Assembly (NCBI RefSeq): GCF_056746865.1
Contig: NZ_CM163382.1
DNA: 64,000 bases
Strand: one strand, 5' to 3'
Shown: piece after piece, positions 1-11,199 of the stretch
Layout: each line of letters begins with the position of its first letter
How positions within the stretch are numbered: the stretch's first letter is position 1
Program-made: the position numbers and the translations under genes
The notes under the pieces: model-generated
What the model was told of the DNA's origin: nothing
Seen by the model: only the letters and a program-made list of their open reading frames with translations
The model's database searches: none

Positions 1-114
1 GCGTATACCGGTCGTGAAGTGCAGGATATTCCCGGTGTGCTGGCCGTGTTTGCTGAACGCCGTAAGGACAGTTTTGGCCCGTATGTCCGGCTGATGAGCG
101 TCACCCTGAACTGA
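1..114 (+). CDS. yeeT: YeeT-like island protein, 3' partial (5' end lies outside the window)
   Basis: Frame open from window start to TGA at 112-114; the translated tail ...AYTGREVQDIPGVLAVFAERRKDSFGPYVRLMSVTLN matches the C-terminus of the complete copy at 29067..29288; lies directly upstream of cbeA as in CP4-44-type islands. Confidence 0.6.
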   Translation, partial: AYTGREVQDIPGVLAVFAERRKDSFGPYVRLMSVTLN

Positions 115-193
115 GTCTGGAAGGGCATTCAGAAGAGCAGAATTATCGCCACCACCGGACCATTCTTAACCAATTTTCTGTGAGGATTTTATC

Positions 194-568
194 GTGCCAG
201 ACACTCTCCCCGGGACAACGCATCCCGACGATAACAACGACCGCCCCTGGTGGGGGCTACCCTGCACCGTGACGCCCTGTTTTGGGGCACGTCTGGTGCA
301 GGAGGGTAACCGGTTGCATTACCTTGCAGACCGCGCCGGTATCAGAGGCCGGTTCAGCGACGCGGATGCGTACCATCTGGACCAGGCCTTTCCGCTGCTG
401 ATGAAACAACTGGAACTCATGCTCACCAGCGGTGAACTGAATCCCCGCCATCAGCATACCGTCACGCTGTATGCAAAAGGGCTGACCTGCAAAGCCGATA
501 CCCTCAGCAGTTGTGGTTACGTTTATATGGCTGTTTATCCGACACTGGCACCCGCAACCACCTCATAA
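194..568 (+). CDS. cbeA: CbeA/YeeU-family antitoxin (cytoskeleton bundling-enhancing factor), GTG start
   Basis: 124-aa ORF; translation (MPDTLPGTTHPDDNNDRPWWGLPCTVTPCFGARLVQEGNRLHYLADRAGIRG...) recognised from memory as YeeU/CbeA; followed by cbtA. Confidence 0.85.
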   Translation: MPDTLPGTTHPDDNNDRPWWGLPCTVTPCFGARLVQEGNRLHYLADRAGIRGRFSDADAYHLDQAFPLLMKQLELMLTSGELNPRHQHTVTLYAKGLTCKADTLSSCGYVYMAVYPTLAPATTS

Positions 569-614
569 CCCCGAATATCTCACCTTTAGCACTACCAGTT
601 ACAGAGAACTTAAG

Positions 615-992
615 ATGAAAACATTACCTGACACACACGTACGGGAGGCATCGCGCTGCCCGTCTCCCGTCACCATCTGGCAGACACTGCTCACCCGACT
701 GTTGGACCAGCATTACGGCCTCACACTGAATGACACACCGTTCGCTGATGAACGTGTGATTGAGCAGCATATTGAGGCAGGCATTTCACTGTGCGATGCG
801 GTGAACTTTCTCGTTGAAAAATACGCACTGGTACGTACCGACCAGCCAGGATTCAGCGCCTGTACCCGTTCTCAGTTAATAAACAGTATTGATATCCTCC
901 GGGCCCGCCGGGCAACCGGCCTGATGGCCCGCGACAATTACAGAACGGTAAATAACATTACCCTGGGTAAACATCCGGGGGCGAAACAATGA
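615..992 (+). CDS. cbtA: CbtA/YeeV-family toxin
   Basis: ATG at 615 inside ORF 513..992; MKTLPDTHVREASRCPSPVTIWQTLLTRLLDQHYGLTLNDTPFADERVIEQHIEAGISLCDAVNFLVEKYALVRTDQPGFS... recognised as CbtA; paired with cbeA; 4-bp overlap with the next ORF. Confidence 0.85.
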   Translation: MKTLPDTHVREASRCPSPVTIWQTLLTRLLDQHYGLTLNDTPFADERVIEQHIEAGISLCDAVNFLVEKYALVRTDQPGFSACTRSQLINSIDILRARRATGLMARDNYRTVNNITLGKHPGAKQ

Positions 993-1480
993 AACTGGCC
1001 CTGACGCTGGAAGCCGACAGCATTAACGTGCAGGCACTGAACATGGGGCGCATTGTCGTTGACGTCGATGGTGTTACTCTCGCTGAACTGATTAACGTGG
1101 TCTGCGATAACGGTTACTCCCTTCGTGTTGTTGATGAATCTGACCGGACATCAGCAGAGCGCACGCCATCATCTGCGGCGGCCCTTACCGGCATACGCTG
1201 CAGTACCGCGCATATCACGGCAAAGGACAACGCCTGGCTGTACTCGCTGTCACATCAGACGAATGGCACCGGCGAATCAGAATGGATTCATTTCACAGGT
1301 AGCGGATATCTGTTACGTACCGATGCGTGGTCATACCCGGTTCTGCGGCTTAAGCGCCTGGGCCTGTCAAAAACGTTCCGTCGTCTGGTTGTCACACTTA
1401 CCCGACGTTATGGCGTCAGTCTCATTCATCTGGATGCCAGCGCTGAATGTCTGCCGGACCTGCCCACTTTCGACTGGTAA
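989..1480 (+). CDS. yeeW: YeeW-like island protein
   Basis: 163-aa ORF translationally coupled to cbtA (ATGA overlap); position and sequence consistent with yeeW of CP4-44. Confidence 0.6.
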   Translation: MKLALTLEADSINVQALNMGRIVVDVDGVTLAELINVVCDNGYSLRVVDESDRTSAERTPSSAAALTGIRCSTAHITAKDNAWLYSLSHQTNGTGESEWIHFTGSGYLLRTDAWSYPVLRLKRLGLSKTFRRLVVTLTRRYGVSLIHLDASAECLPDLPTFDW

Positions 1481-1491
1481 CCAGGAACAAC

Positions 1492-1689
1492 ATGAAATCA
1501 TTAACCACGGAAACCGCACTGGATATTCTGATTGCGTGGCTACAGGACAATATCGACTGCGAATCGGGAATTATCTTTGACAACGATGAGGATAGAACGG
1601 ATTCGGCAGCACTGTTGCCCTGTATCGAACAGGCCAGGGAGGATATCCGTATCCTGCGCCAGTTGCAGCTTCTGCAACAGAACCGGTGA
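1492..1689 (+). CDS. small conserved hypothetical protein downstream of yeeW
   Basis: ATG at 1492 inside ORF 1447..1689 (MKSLTTETALDILIAWLQDNIDCESGIIFDNDED...); the same sequence recurs in the second copy fused in frame to yeeW (30193..30816). Confidence 0.5.
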   Translation: MKSLTTETALDILIAWLQDNIDCESGIIFDNDEDRTDSAALLPCIEQAREDIRILRQLQLLQQNR

Positions 1690-1773
1690 GTCTTACTCAC
1701 CAGACTTCATTCCACTGACGCCAGCCTGAACAGGGCTGGCGTTTTCATTTATCTGCAAAAAGGAATATCGATT

Positions 1774-2640
1774 ATGTCTGAAATCACAGCCCCCCGTCCG
1801 GAAGTGGTCAACGGGCATACGGACGTTATCGGCTCAACCAGCATCCGCCACATTCTGGCTGTACGAAAGAGTGCGCTGCTGCAAATCGACACACTTATCC
1901 GGCAACTGGCAGAAATCTCGGTGCTGACGGAAAGCATCGGAGGTAAAACTGCACTGGACTGGGCCATGAAACAGGATTTTCGCTGCGGTTGCTGGCTGAT
2001 GGAAAAACCGGAAACCGCAATGAAAGCCATCACCCGCAACCTTGACCGCGAAATCTGGCGTGATCTGATGCAACGTTCAGGGATGCTGTCATTAATGGAT
2101 GCACAAGCCCGTGATACATGGTACCGGTCACTGGAGTACGATAATTTTCCGGAAATCAGCGAAGCAAATATCCTGAGCACGTTTGAACAACTGCACCAGA
2201 ACAAAGATGAAGTGTTTGAGCGAGGGGTGCTCAACGTTTTCAGAGGACTGAGCTGGAATTACAAAACCAATTCACCCTGCAAATTTGGCAGTAAAATTAT
2301 CGTCAACAATCTGGTGAGGTGGGACCGGTGGGGGTTTCATCTTATCACCGGACAACAGGCCGATCGACTTGCCGATCTGGAAAGAATGCTGCACCTGTTC
2401 AGCGGCAAACCGATCCCCGACAACCGGGAAAACATCACCATTCATCTGGATGATCACATCCAGTCTGTTCAGGGTAAAGAGGACTATGAAGATGAGATGT
2501 TCAGCATCAGATACTTTAAGAAGGGCTCCGCGCACATCACGTTCAGGAAACCAGAGCTGGTTGACAGGCTTAATGATATTATTGCCAGACACTACCCGGA
2601 AGCCCTGGCAAGCACAGTGAACAAAAGCCGCAAGGCATAA
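1774..2640 (+). CDS. conserved island protein, possibly DUF4942 family
   Basis: 288-aa ORF; a truncated paralog (N-terminal 79 aa) is present at 30916..31155. Confidence 0.55.
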   Translation: MSEITAPRPEVVNGHTDVIGSTSIRHILAVRKSALLQIDTLIRQLAEISVLTESIGGKTALDWAMKQDFRCGCWLMEKPETAMKAITRNLDREIWRDLMQRSGMLSLMDAQARDTWYRSLEYDNFPEISEANILSTFEQLHQNKDEVFERGVLNVFRGLSWNYKTNSPCKFGSKIIVNNLVRWDRWGFHLITGQQADRLADLERMLHLFSGKPIPDNRENITIHLDDHIQSVQGKEDYEDEMFSIRYFKKGSAHITFRKPELVDRLNDIIARHYPEALASTVNKSRKA

Positions 2641-2711
2641 AAGAGGTATTTTACAATTCGCGAATATTAACTATTATTAATTGATAGCAATCAATCGGCG
2701 AGAAAATAACC

Positions 2712-2975
2712 ATGCCTACCAGTGTATCCCTCAGTCCTTACTTTGAAACGTTTATCCGCGAACAAATAGAAAGTGGTCGGTACAACAATACAAGTGAAGT
2801 CATTCGTGCCGGACTTCGTGCTCTGGAAGAACGGGAACAGCAGATAAAGCTTGAATCACTCCAGAGCGCCGTGGCCGCAGGCATCAACAGCGGTGAAAGT
2901 AAAAGTGCTGAAGAGGTATTCGGGCGACTGACGCACAAATACAAAAAGATGGCAGAAGGTGAACAGCCAATATGA
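2712..2975 (+). CDS. parD: type II antitoxin, ParD/RHH family
   Basis: 87-aa ORF (…FETFIREQIESGRYNNTSEVIRAGLRALEERE…) typical of ParD antitoxins; 4-bp ATGA overlap with the following toxin ORF. Confidence 0.75.
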   Translation: MPTSVSLSPYFETFIREQIESGRYNNTSEVIRAGLRALEEREQQIKLESLQSAVAAGINSGESKSAEEVFGRLTHKYKKMAEGEQPI

Positions 2976-3298
2976 AACTGACTGTTTCACCATTAGCAGA
3001 ACACGATCTTGAAGCTATAGGTGACTGGATCGCTCAGGATAATCCTGTCCGTGCAATCAGTTTTACCGAAGAGCTTTACCAACAATGTCTGTTGATAGCC
3101 GAATCGCCAGTACTCTACAGAGAAAGACCCGAGTTAGGGGCTGGGATCAGAGGTTGTTCGTATGGTCGTTACCTTCTGCTGTTCAGGGTACTGGATACTG
3201 AAGTTCGTATCGAACGTATCGTTCATGGTTCCCGGGATATCAACAGGGTACTTGCAGAGCCAGACGACAAACCATCAGATCATTTCTGGCAGCCATAA
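2972..3298 (+). CDS. parE: type II toxin, ParE/RelE family
   Basis: 108-aa ORF coupled to the preceding RHH antitoxin; size and C-terminal region fit ParE/RelE. Confidence 0.7.
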   Translation: MKLTVSPLAEHDLEAIGDWIAQDNPVRAISFTEELYQQCLLIAESPVLYRERPELGAGIRGCSYGRYLLLFRVLDTEVRIERIVHGSRDINRVLAEPDDKPSDHFWQP

Positions 3299-3545
3299 AC
3301 AAAATCTGTGCGTTAACGCTCCCTAACACAGGTAGCCAGGTATTTTATAAATCTCTGTATTTTGTTGTCACTTCGATTCCGCGATTCAGCATATCGAACC
3401 AGACAAAATGATTACAACAAACCACAAGAAAGAGGGATTATAGCGTCAAAAGAATTCGAATTGCACATGGGGGCCTCATTGGTGGCCTCAAAAAGAACAA
3501 GGATAAAACAGTCGATACAAAACAATTGGTTATATAACCAGTTTC

Positions 3546-3564
3546 ATTCCGAGTCCGGGCACCA
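3546..3564 (+). repeat. 19-bp copy of the tRNA-Phe 3' end (ATTCCGAGTCCGGGCACCA): island att direct repeat, not a complete tRNA
   Basis: Exact match to the 3' terminal 19 nt of E. coli tRNA-Phe including CCA; upstream sequence does not match the rest of the tRNA; integrase gene begins about 200 bp downstream. Confidence 0.7.
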
Positions 3565-3576
3565 AATTCATATAAA

Positions 3577-3603
3577 CGGACCTCCACGGAGGTCCGTTTT
3601 TCG
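3577..3603 (+). terminator. rho-independent terminator-like hairpin after the tRNA-Phe repeat
   Basis: CGGACCTCC-ACGG-AGGTCCG stem-loop followed by a T-run. Confidence 0.5.
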
Positions 3604-3761
3604 TTTCAGGACGCCACGATTTAAGTGTCCTGCCGCCAAATCAATTCTACCGAACTCAACCAGACTCCCCCCACATCAACCCCATTGTGTGGGTATAATT
3701 GCGGGTATACCCCAGTTCGACAGAATTTGTACCCTCTTTAACGCATTCAGAAGGCTGAACT

Positions 3762-5027
3762 ATGGCACTGACTGACGCAAAAATCCGGGCTGCAAAGCAC
3801 ACTGACAAGGCTTATAAACTCACTGACGGGGCTGGCATGTTCCTGCTGGTACATCCTAATGGTTCCCGTTACTGGCGTCTCCGTTATCGCATTCTGGGTA
3901 AGGAGAAAACTCTGGCACTTGGTGTATACCCGGAGGTTTCTCTCTCCGAAGCTCGTACAAAACGGGATGAGGCCCGAAAACTGATTTCGGAGGGGATTGA
4001 CCCTTGCGAACAGAAAAGAGCTAAAAAAGTAGTCCCTGATTTACAACTCTCTTTTGAACATATCGCACGACGCTGGCATGCCAGTAATAAACAATGGGCA
4101 CAATCACACAGCGATAAGGTACTCAAAAGCCTCGAAACACACGTTTTCCCCTTTATCGGCAACCGGAACATCACAACACTCAATACCCCGGACCTGCTTA
4201 TCCCTGTTCGTGCTGCAGAAGCTAAACAAATTTATGAAATCGCCAGTCGTCTGCAGCAAAGAATATCTGCTGTAATGCGTTATGCCGTACAGTCTGGCAT
4301 CATCAGATATAATCCTGCTCTGGATATGGCTGGCGCATTGACCTCTGTAAAACGACAGCATCGCCCCGCTCTTGATCTTTCACGTCTGCCTGAACTTCTG
4401 TCGCGTATTAACAGTTATAAAGGTCAGCCTGTCACCCGGCTTGCTGTTATGCTGAATTTACTGGTTTTTATTCGCTCCAGTGAACTCAGATATGCCCGCT
4501 GGGCTGAAATTGATATTGACAATTCAATGTGGACTATTCCAGCCGAACGCAAACCTCTGCCAGGGGTAAAATTCTCACACCGGGGCTCCAAGATGCGAAC
4601 ACCACATCTTGTGCCACTCAGCAAACAGGCTGTAGCCATACTGACAGAACTTCAGACATGGGCTGGTGAAAATGGTCTGATCTTTACGGGAGCACATGAC
4701 CCGCGTAAACCAATCAGTGAAAATACCGTAAATAAGGCCCTCAGAGTGATGGGGTATGACACAACCAAGGAAGTCTGTGGCCATGGATTCCGGGCGATGG
4801 CGTGCAGTGCATTGATTGAATCCGGCTTATGGTCAAGAGATGCGGTTGAACGTCAGATGAGTCATCAGGAGCGCAACGGAGTACGTGCCGCGTATATTCA
4901 TAAAGCAGAACATCTGGAAGAACGTCGGCTTATGCTGCAATGGTGGGCAGATTTTCTGGATGCAAACAGGGAGGAGTGTATCAGTCCGTTTGAATATGCA
5001 AAAGTTAACAATCCACTGAAAAGGTGA
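3762..5027 (+). CDS. int: tyrosine recombinase / P4-type phage integrase
   Basis: 421-aa ORF; N-terminus MALTDAKIRAAKHTDKAYKLTDGAGMFLLVHPNGSRYWRLRYR... is the characteristic P4-integrase N-terminal domain; C-terminal catalytic region present (…HGFRAMA…); lies next to the tRNA-Phe att repeat. Confidence 0.9.
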   Translation: MALTDAKIRAAKHTDKAYKLTDGAGMFLLVHPNGSRYWRLRYRILGKEKTLALGVYPEVSLSEARTKRDEARKLISEGIDPCEQKRAKKVVPDLQLSFEHIARRWHASNKQWAQSHSDKVLKSLETHVFPFIGNRNITTLNTPDLLIPVRAAEAKQIYEIASRLQQRISAVMRYAVQSGIIRYNPALDMAGALTSVKRQHRPALDLSRLPELLSRINSYKGQPVTRLAVMLNLLVFIRSSELRYARWAEIDIDNSMWTIPAERKPLPGVKFSHRGSKMRTPHLVPLSKQAVAILTELQTWAGENGLIFTGAHDPRKPISENTVNKALRVMGYDTTKEVCGHGFRAMACSALIESGLWSRDAVERQMSHQERNGVRAAYIHKAEHLEERRLMLQWWADFLDANREECISPFEYAKVNNPLKR

Positions 5028-5282
5028 CTGAACGCCATTTACACACATGCTCTTCCTCTTAAGGGGAAGAGCACCCGCCTCAATCAATTTCTTTTTTATG
5101 CCGGCGGAACCATCAGCCAGGCTGAGGTTCTCATTCAATAACTCAACGTCTTACCACAGAACAGAATTCACTGTATTATCATGGGCAACGTTAATCCCGG
5201 ACAATAAAAGGACACCGATGCCAGGCATCACAATTTTTATAGCCTGCAGATTATGGTCCATCCTTTTTTACAGGTTCAGAAT

Positions 5283-6326
5283 ATGACTGGCAAATTACGC
5301 TTTGAAGTGAACGATAACCAGGGCTGTTTCATATTTCCGGAAACCTGGTTTGGCTCGTTGCTGGATGAGTTTGAAGAACTGATTGATGCATACGATGCGG
5401 ATGAAATCAGCGAAACAAGTTACATCAACAAACTCAGGCGCCTTGCCCGACAGGAGAATGACTTTATTGATGTACACGCTCACTTGGCATACGTATTTCT
5501 GGAGCAGAATGCCCCGCGTAAGGCGCTGAATGCTGCCCTTAAAGGGCTGGCAGTTGGCAATCGTCTTATCCCTGAAGGTTTCAGTGGCAGAATCATCTGG
5601 ATACATCCTGACAACCGACCTTTTCTTCGTGCCCTCTATGCGGCAATCCTGGCAAATGCACATTTACAGCGTCATCAGGATGCCATCATGCTCATTGAAA
5701 AAATACTGGATTACAATCCCGAAGATAATCATGGTGCACGCTGGCTACTGGGACCGGAACTGTTACGCACTGGCGCTCATGAACAGGCACGCCATATACT
5801 GCAGGAACATGCAGATGAATTTTCACCTTACTGGTATGAACTCGGCCTTCTGCATTTTCTTAATGGGGAACTGGTAAAAGCTGCAACTGCATTTCGTCGC
5901 GGCTTTGCGGCAAATACTTACATCGCAGAAATACTGTGCGGAAATCTGCATCCATTTCCACTTGCTGTATGGCATAACTTTTCAGGCGGTCCGGATACTG
6001 CCGAAGATTATTATGCCACATACCACCCGTTATGGGGGCAATATCCGGAAGCATTGCTGTTTGTAAACTGGCTCTATAATCATTCCTCTGTGCTGCATGA
6101 ACGGGCAGAAATCATTAAATGCGCCGAAATGCTGATGCAGGAAGATGATTTCGAAATATGCGAAAGTATTTTAAGACAGCAGGAGAAGTTGCGTGAAAGA
6201 ATTGATGAGACGCTTTCTGAGAAAATTGTACAGAAATGCAGAAATATGAATGGTGAATATGTCTGGCCCTGGATATTGCCGTTTTCAGCGGCAGGCATGA
6301 AACATACTGGCATACAGTATCAGTAG
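5283..6326 (+). CDS. hypothetical protein, helical/TPR-like, unknown function
   Basis: ORF 5253..6326 (357 aa), internal ATG at 5283; no recognisable catalytic motif; composition suggests alpha-helical repeats. Confidence 0.4.
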   Translation: MTGKLRFEVNDNQGCFIFPETWFGSLLDEFEELIDAYDADEISETSYINKLRRLARQENDFIDVHAHLAYVFLEQNAPRKALNAALKGLAVGNRLIPEGFSGRIIWIHPDNRPFLRALYAAILANAHLQRHQDAIMLIEKILDYNPEDNHGARWLLGPELLRTGAHEQARHILQEHADEFSPYWYELGLLHFLNGELVKAATAFRRGFAANTYIAEILCGNLHPFPLAVWHNFSGGPDTAEDYYATYHPLWGQYPEALLFVNWLYNHSSVLHERAEIIKCAEMLMQEDDFEICESILRQQEKLRERIDETLSEKIVQKCRNMNGEYVWPWILPFSAAGMKHTGIQYQ

Positions 6327-6695
6327 ATATTGCATTAGTGTATCCTGCACACAAGTAATAATTTATCCACCAATAATAACACTGTTAATGTCCCCTTCCC
6401 CTGGTTGTCAGCCAGGGGTTATCTTCTGAATATTTCTTTTGAAAAGGATAACACAGTAAATTATTTTTATGAATTATCCCATGGGCTCATTAACACCCTT
6501 TCATAATGCTTTATTGTCAAATACGTTATGGCTGACATCAAAAAAACCGGATTTCCTCTGCCAGCGGGTAATCACCTCCCCGGTGTTTTCGGTTGGTCTG
6601 GTTACTCCTGTCTGGTTATTAGCAAGATAATTGCTATAAACAGTGGAAAACTCATCGTACATAATCTGGTGATGAACATTACGCTTATTTTCCCT

Positions 6696-6779
6696 TAGAC
6701 TGGCCCCCTGAATCTCCAGACAACCAGTATCACTTAAATAAGTGATACTGGTTGTCTGGAGATTCAGGGGGCCAGTCTA
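6696..6779. repeat. 84-bp perfect palindrome (two 41-bp arms)
   Basis: TAGACTGGCCCCCTGAATCTCCAGACAACCAGTATCACTTAA|ATAAGTGATACTGGTTGTCTGGAGATTCAGGGGGCCAGTCTA reads identically on both strands; abuts the stop of the truncated transposase fragment. Confidence 0.6.
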
Positions 6780-7013
6780 CTGAGCTCTTTCAGTGATATT
6801 TTCTTTGTGAGGAGCCATGATTTTATTAGCAGAGACTTTATCGTTTGAAAAACAACTATAAGCTGCCTTTGTTTCACTCCAGGTACGGCAGGAAACAGGA
6901 ATACTTTCTTCTGGTGAACGACTGAGGCTATTGAGGATATGTTTTACTCTTTTATCAAGTCTTGAGTCCCCTATATCCAGTGATTTTAGCTCCTGAATAA
7001 CCCAGTTTTCCAT
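6777..7013 (-). pseudogene. IS4-family (Tn5/IS50-like) transposase, N-terminal fragment only
   Basis: 78-aa ORF; …DIGDSRLDKRVKHILNSLSRSPEESIPVSCRTWSETKAAYSCFSNDKVSANKIMAP… aligns in pattern with the N-terminal DNA-binding region of Tn5 transposase; a full transposase would be about 450 aa. Confidence 0.55.
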
Positions 7014-7349
7014 AACACCTCTGAAATAATCTCTGTCTTTTCAATATAATACTATTATTTCAACTTGTGGGTAAGGGTATGAGATGCGAAGTGATGATCG
7101 ATAGTGATGCGAATAAGTGTTCGATTCAGATGCGATTATGCAATATGATTTTATGTGTGTTGCTTAATTATCATATTTCTTGCCCGTTCCCCGCCGCGCA
7201 GATCCGGTTTCCGGCTGAAGTGGATACAGACCTGATTTGTTGCTGAGTATCGGTAAAAGTGCGGCTTATAAGCTATTCTGAAACATGGCAAGTGAATCTG
7301 GGCGGTATAATTCCGGCAAATGTCATCTGTATTTAAAGGACGTGTGAGT

Positions 7350-7802
7350 ATGAAATTTCTGGAATGTGCTGTCCGGGATGTGATTTATGGGACCAATGTC
7401 CGTATTGTCAAACCGGTCAACATTTATGAATGTGAACTCAGGGACAACGTGTTTGTCGGCCCCTTCGTTGAGATACAGAAAGGCTGTGTCATTGGTAGTG
7501 GAAGTCGAATACAGTCGCATACGTTTATTTGTGAGAACGTAACACTGGGAGAGAACTGCTTCATTGGTCATAACGTGACGTTCGCCAACGATCTGTTTCG
7601 TTCAGGAGCACCAGATCCGTCACCGGATAACTGGATCAGCATTATCCTGGGGGATTCGGTTACTGTTGGCAGTGGAGCCATTATTCTGTCTCCGTATATA
7701 TGCAGCGGAGCTGTTATCGGTGCGGGGGCTGTTGTAGTAAAACCGATTGAGAACAAAGGCATTTATGCAGGAAACCCGGCAAGACTGATCAGAATATTAT
7801 GA
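7350..7802 (+). CDS. hexapeptide-repeat (left-handed beta-helix) acyl/acetyltransferase
   Basis: ATG at 7350 in ORF 7320..7802; repeated [LIV]-G-x-x-x-x-I hexapeptide pattern (…VIGSGSRI…VTLGENCFIGHNVTF…ILGDSVTVGSGAIIL…VIGAGAVVV…). Confidence 0.7.
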   Translation: MKFLECAVRDVIYGTNVRIVKPVNIYECELRDNVFVGPFVEIQKGCVIGSGSRIQSHTFICENVTLGENCFIGHNVTFANDLFRSGAPDPSPDNWISIILGDSVTVGSGAIILSPYICSGAVIGAGAVVVKPIENKGIYAGNPARLIRIL

Positions 7803-7928
7803 AATCGGGATAGGAGCTGATCTCACGATCAGCTTCCTCCCACACCGTCAAAATTGCTGGTCGGACTCGACTTATTTAATTGTGTAAACAGGGCCTCTCA
7901 GCGAAAGACCCTTATGCATCACCTGACG

Positions 7929-8495
7929 TTAAAAGTCACTACACCCAAGATGACGTTCAATAGCACCATGCGATTCAATGTAAGCCCGGGCCGTCTGTTC
8001 CAGTACACCAGACTCAGCGTTGTATGTGTTAGCTGCATCAAATACCAACGACAACACTTCAGGATACACAACCAGATGTGTAATGGAGTTATCTTCACCC
8101 AATACTTTTCCCCACGCCTGCTCAATCAGATTTCTTAGAACCACCACCTCACGACTCTTACACCAGACATCGTTATTAAGTAGCAACACCATAAGATAAG
8201 GAGTGGTATCGTTAGCCACAGCTTCCCTACTCCAGAGATAATATAAAGGGGTGGGCTCAACAGATTTATCTTTACGTCTCTTGCACTGCAAATATTCAGA
8301 AATGAGTCTATGCAGTTCACCAGTAAAATCGGCCATCAGAGAGGGAATGGTCTTATTAATACCCTGCCCTGGTATTAATTTAAATTGTAATAATTTAATT
8401 TCAGGATGTGTAGCTGCAGCCCGATACAGAGTTGCAAGGACACACTTTTGCCAGAGGGCGTTACAGGAAAGCTTAACATTTGATTCTGTATACAT
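7929..8495 (-). CDS. YfjJ/YagK-like island protein (inovirus Gp2-type family)
   Basis: 188 aa; paralogous to 11200..11805 (shared …YLWSREAV…/…HYVWAREFG… regions); this family is typical of CP4-57/CP4-6-type islands. Confidence 0.55.
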   Translation of the reverse strand: MYTESNVKLSCNALWQKCVLATLYRAAATHPEIKLLQFKLIPGQGINKTIPSLMADFTGELHRLISEYLQCKRRKDKSVEPTPLYYLWSREAVANDTTPYLMVLLLNNDVWCKSREVVVLRNLIEQAWGKVLGEDNSITHLVVYPEVLSLVFDAANTYNAESGVLEQTARAYIESHGAIERHLGCSDF

Positions 8496-8522
8496 AATAA
8501 ATCACCTTACAGTTACAACAGG

Positions 8523-8765
8523 TCAAAAACCGCTGTAGCCAGAGTTACGCTGGCCTGATGCTTTAGTATCGGGCTTCGTCAGATAATCCAGACGTGCCAA
8601 TAAGCGCTGATACTGCTCAGGAAAATCAGGATCATGAATATCCAGGATGTAACGTCCATTAGCAGGGAAATGAACAATGCAGCCCCCTGGATTAACTATG
8701 CAGAAATCGTCCTGAGGCACTGATAAATACGGAGAGGACTCTCGCGTGTGGTTGGTTGACACCAC
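8523..8765 (-). pseudogene. C-terminal fragment of a further YfjJ/YagK-like gene
   Basis: 80-aa ORF ending …QRLLARLDYLTKPDTKASGQRNSGYSGF, matching the C-terminal region of the full copy at 11200..11805 (…QQVLERADYLAKESTKAYGTGERNFGCSRG). Confidence 0.4.
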
Positions 8766-8966
8766 AGTGCGGATTCGGCGAATCCTCGATCACGGTGCGA
8801 TTTCGTCCCACAGTACACAATCAATACCCCGGGTTTTATTCAGGTAAGCAGGACTGCGGATATCCGGTGTCGCGCCGTTGTGTCACGAACGGGGCAGGTG
8901 CGAAACACCGGATAAAATGCAGGTTGCGATACCTCTGAACGCCCTGCGCAGAGCGGCGATTTTGGA

Positions 8967-11033
<2,067 letters not shown>

Positions 11034-11199
11034 AGTATATGTTCCTCTGCGCCAGACGACACGCAGGCAACAGCCGTCCCGGTACGGGCAGCGTGGTCAA
11101 GTGTGAATGGCGGTTTTCAGTTCAGTCTCAGAAGGGAAAATCAGTGTGGTCGCTGTGAACACGTCATCACACTAAGGTCAGATAAGTCGTCTGTCGGGC

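Noticed and set aside
3362-3775. 137-aa plus-strand ORF spanning the tRNA-Phe repeat and terminator hairpin
   Set aside because: It runs through the att repeat and the integrase promoter region, and its translation is low-complexity; most likely non-coding.
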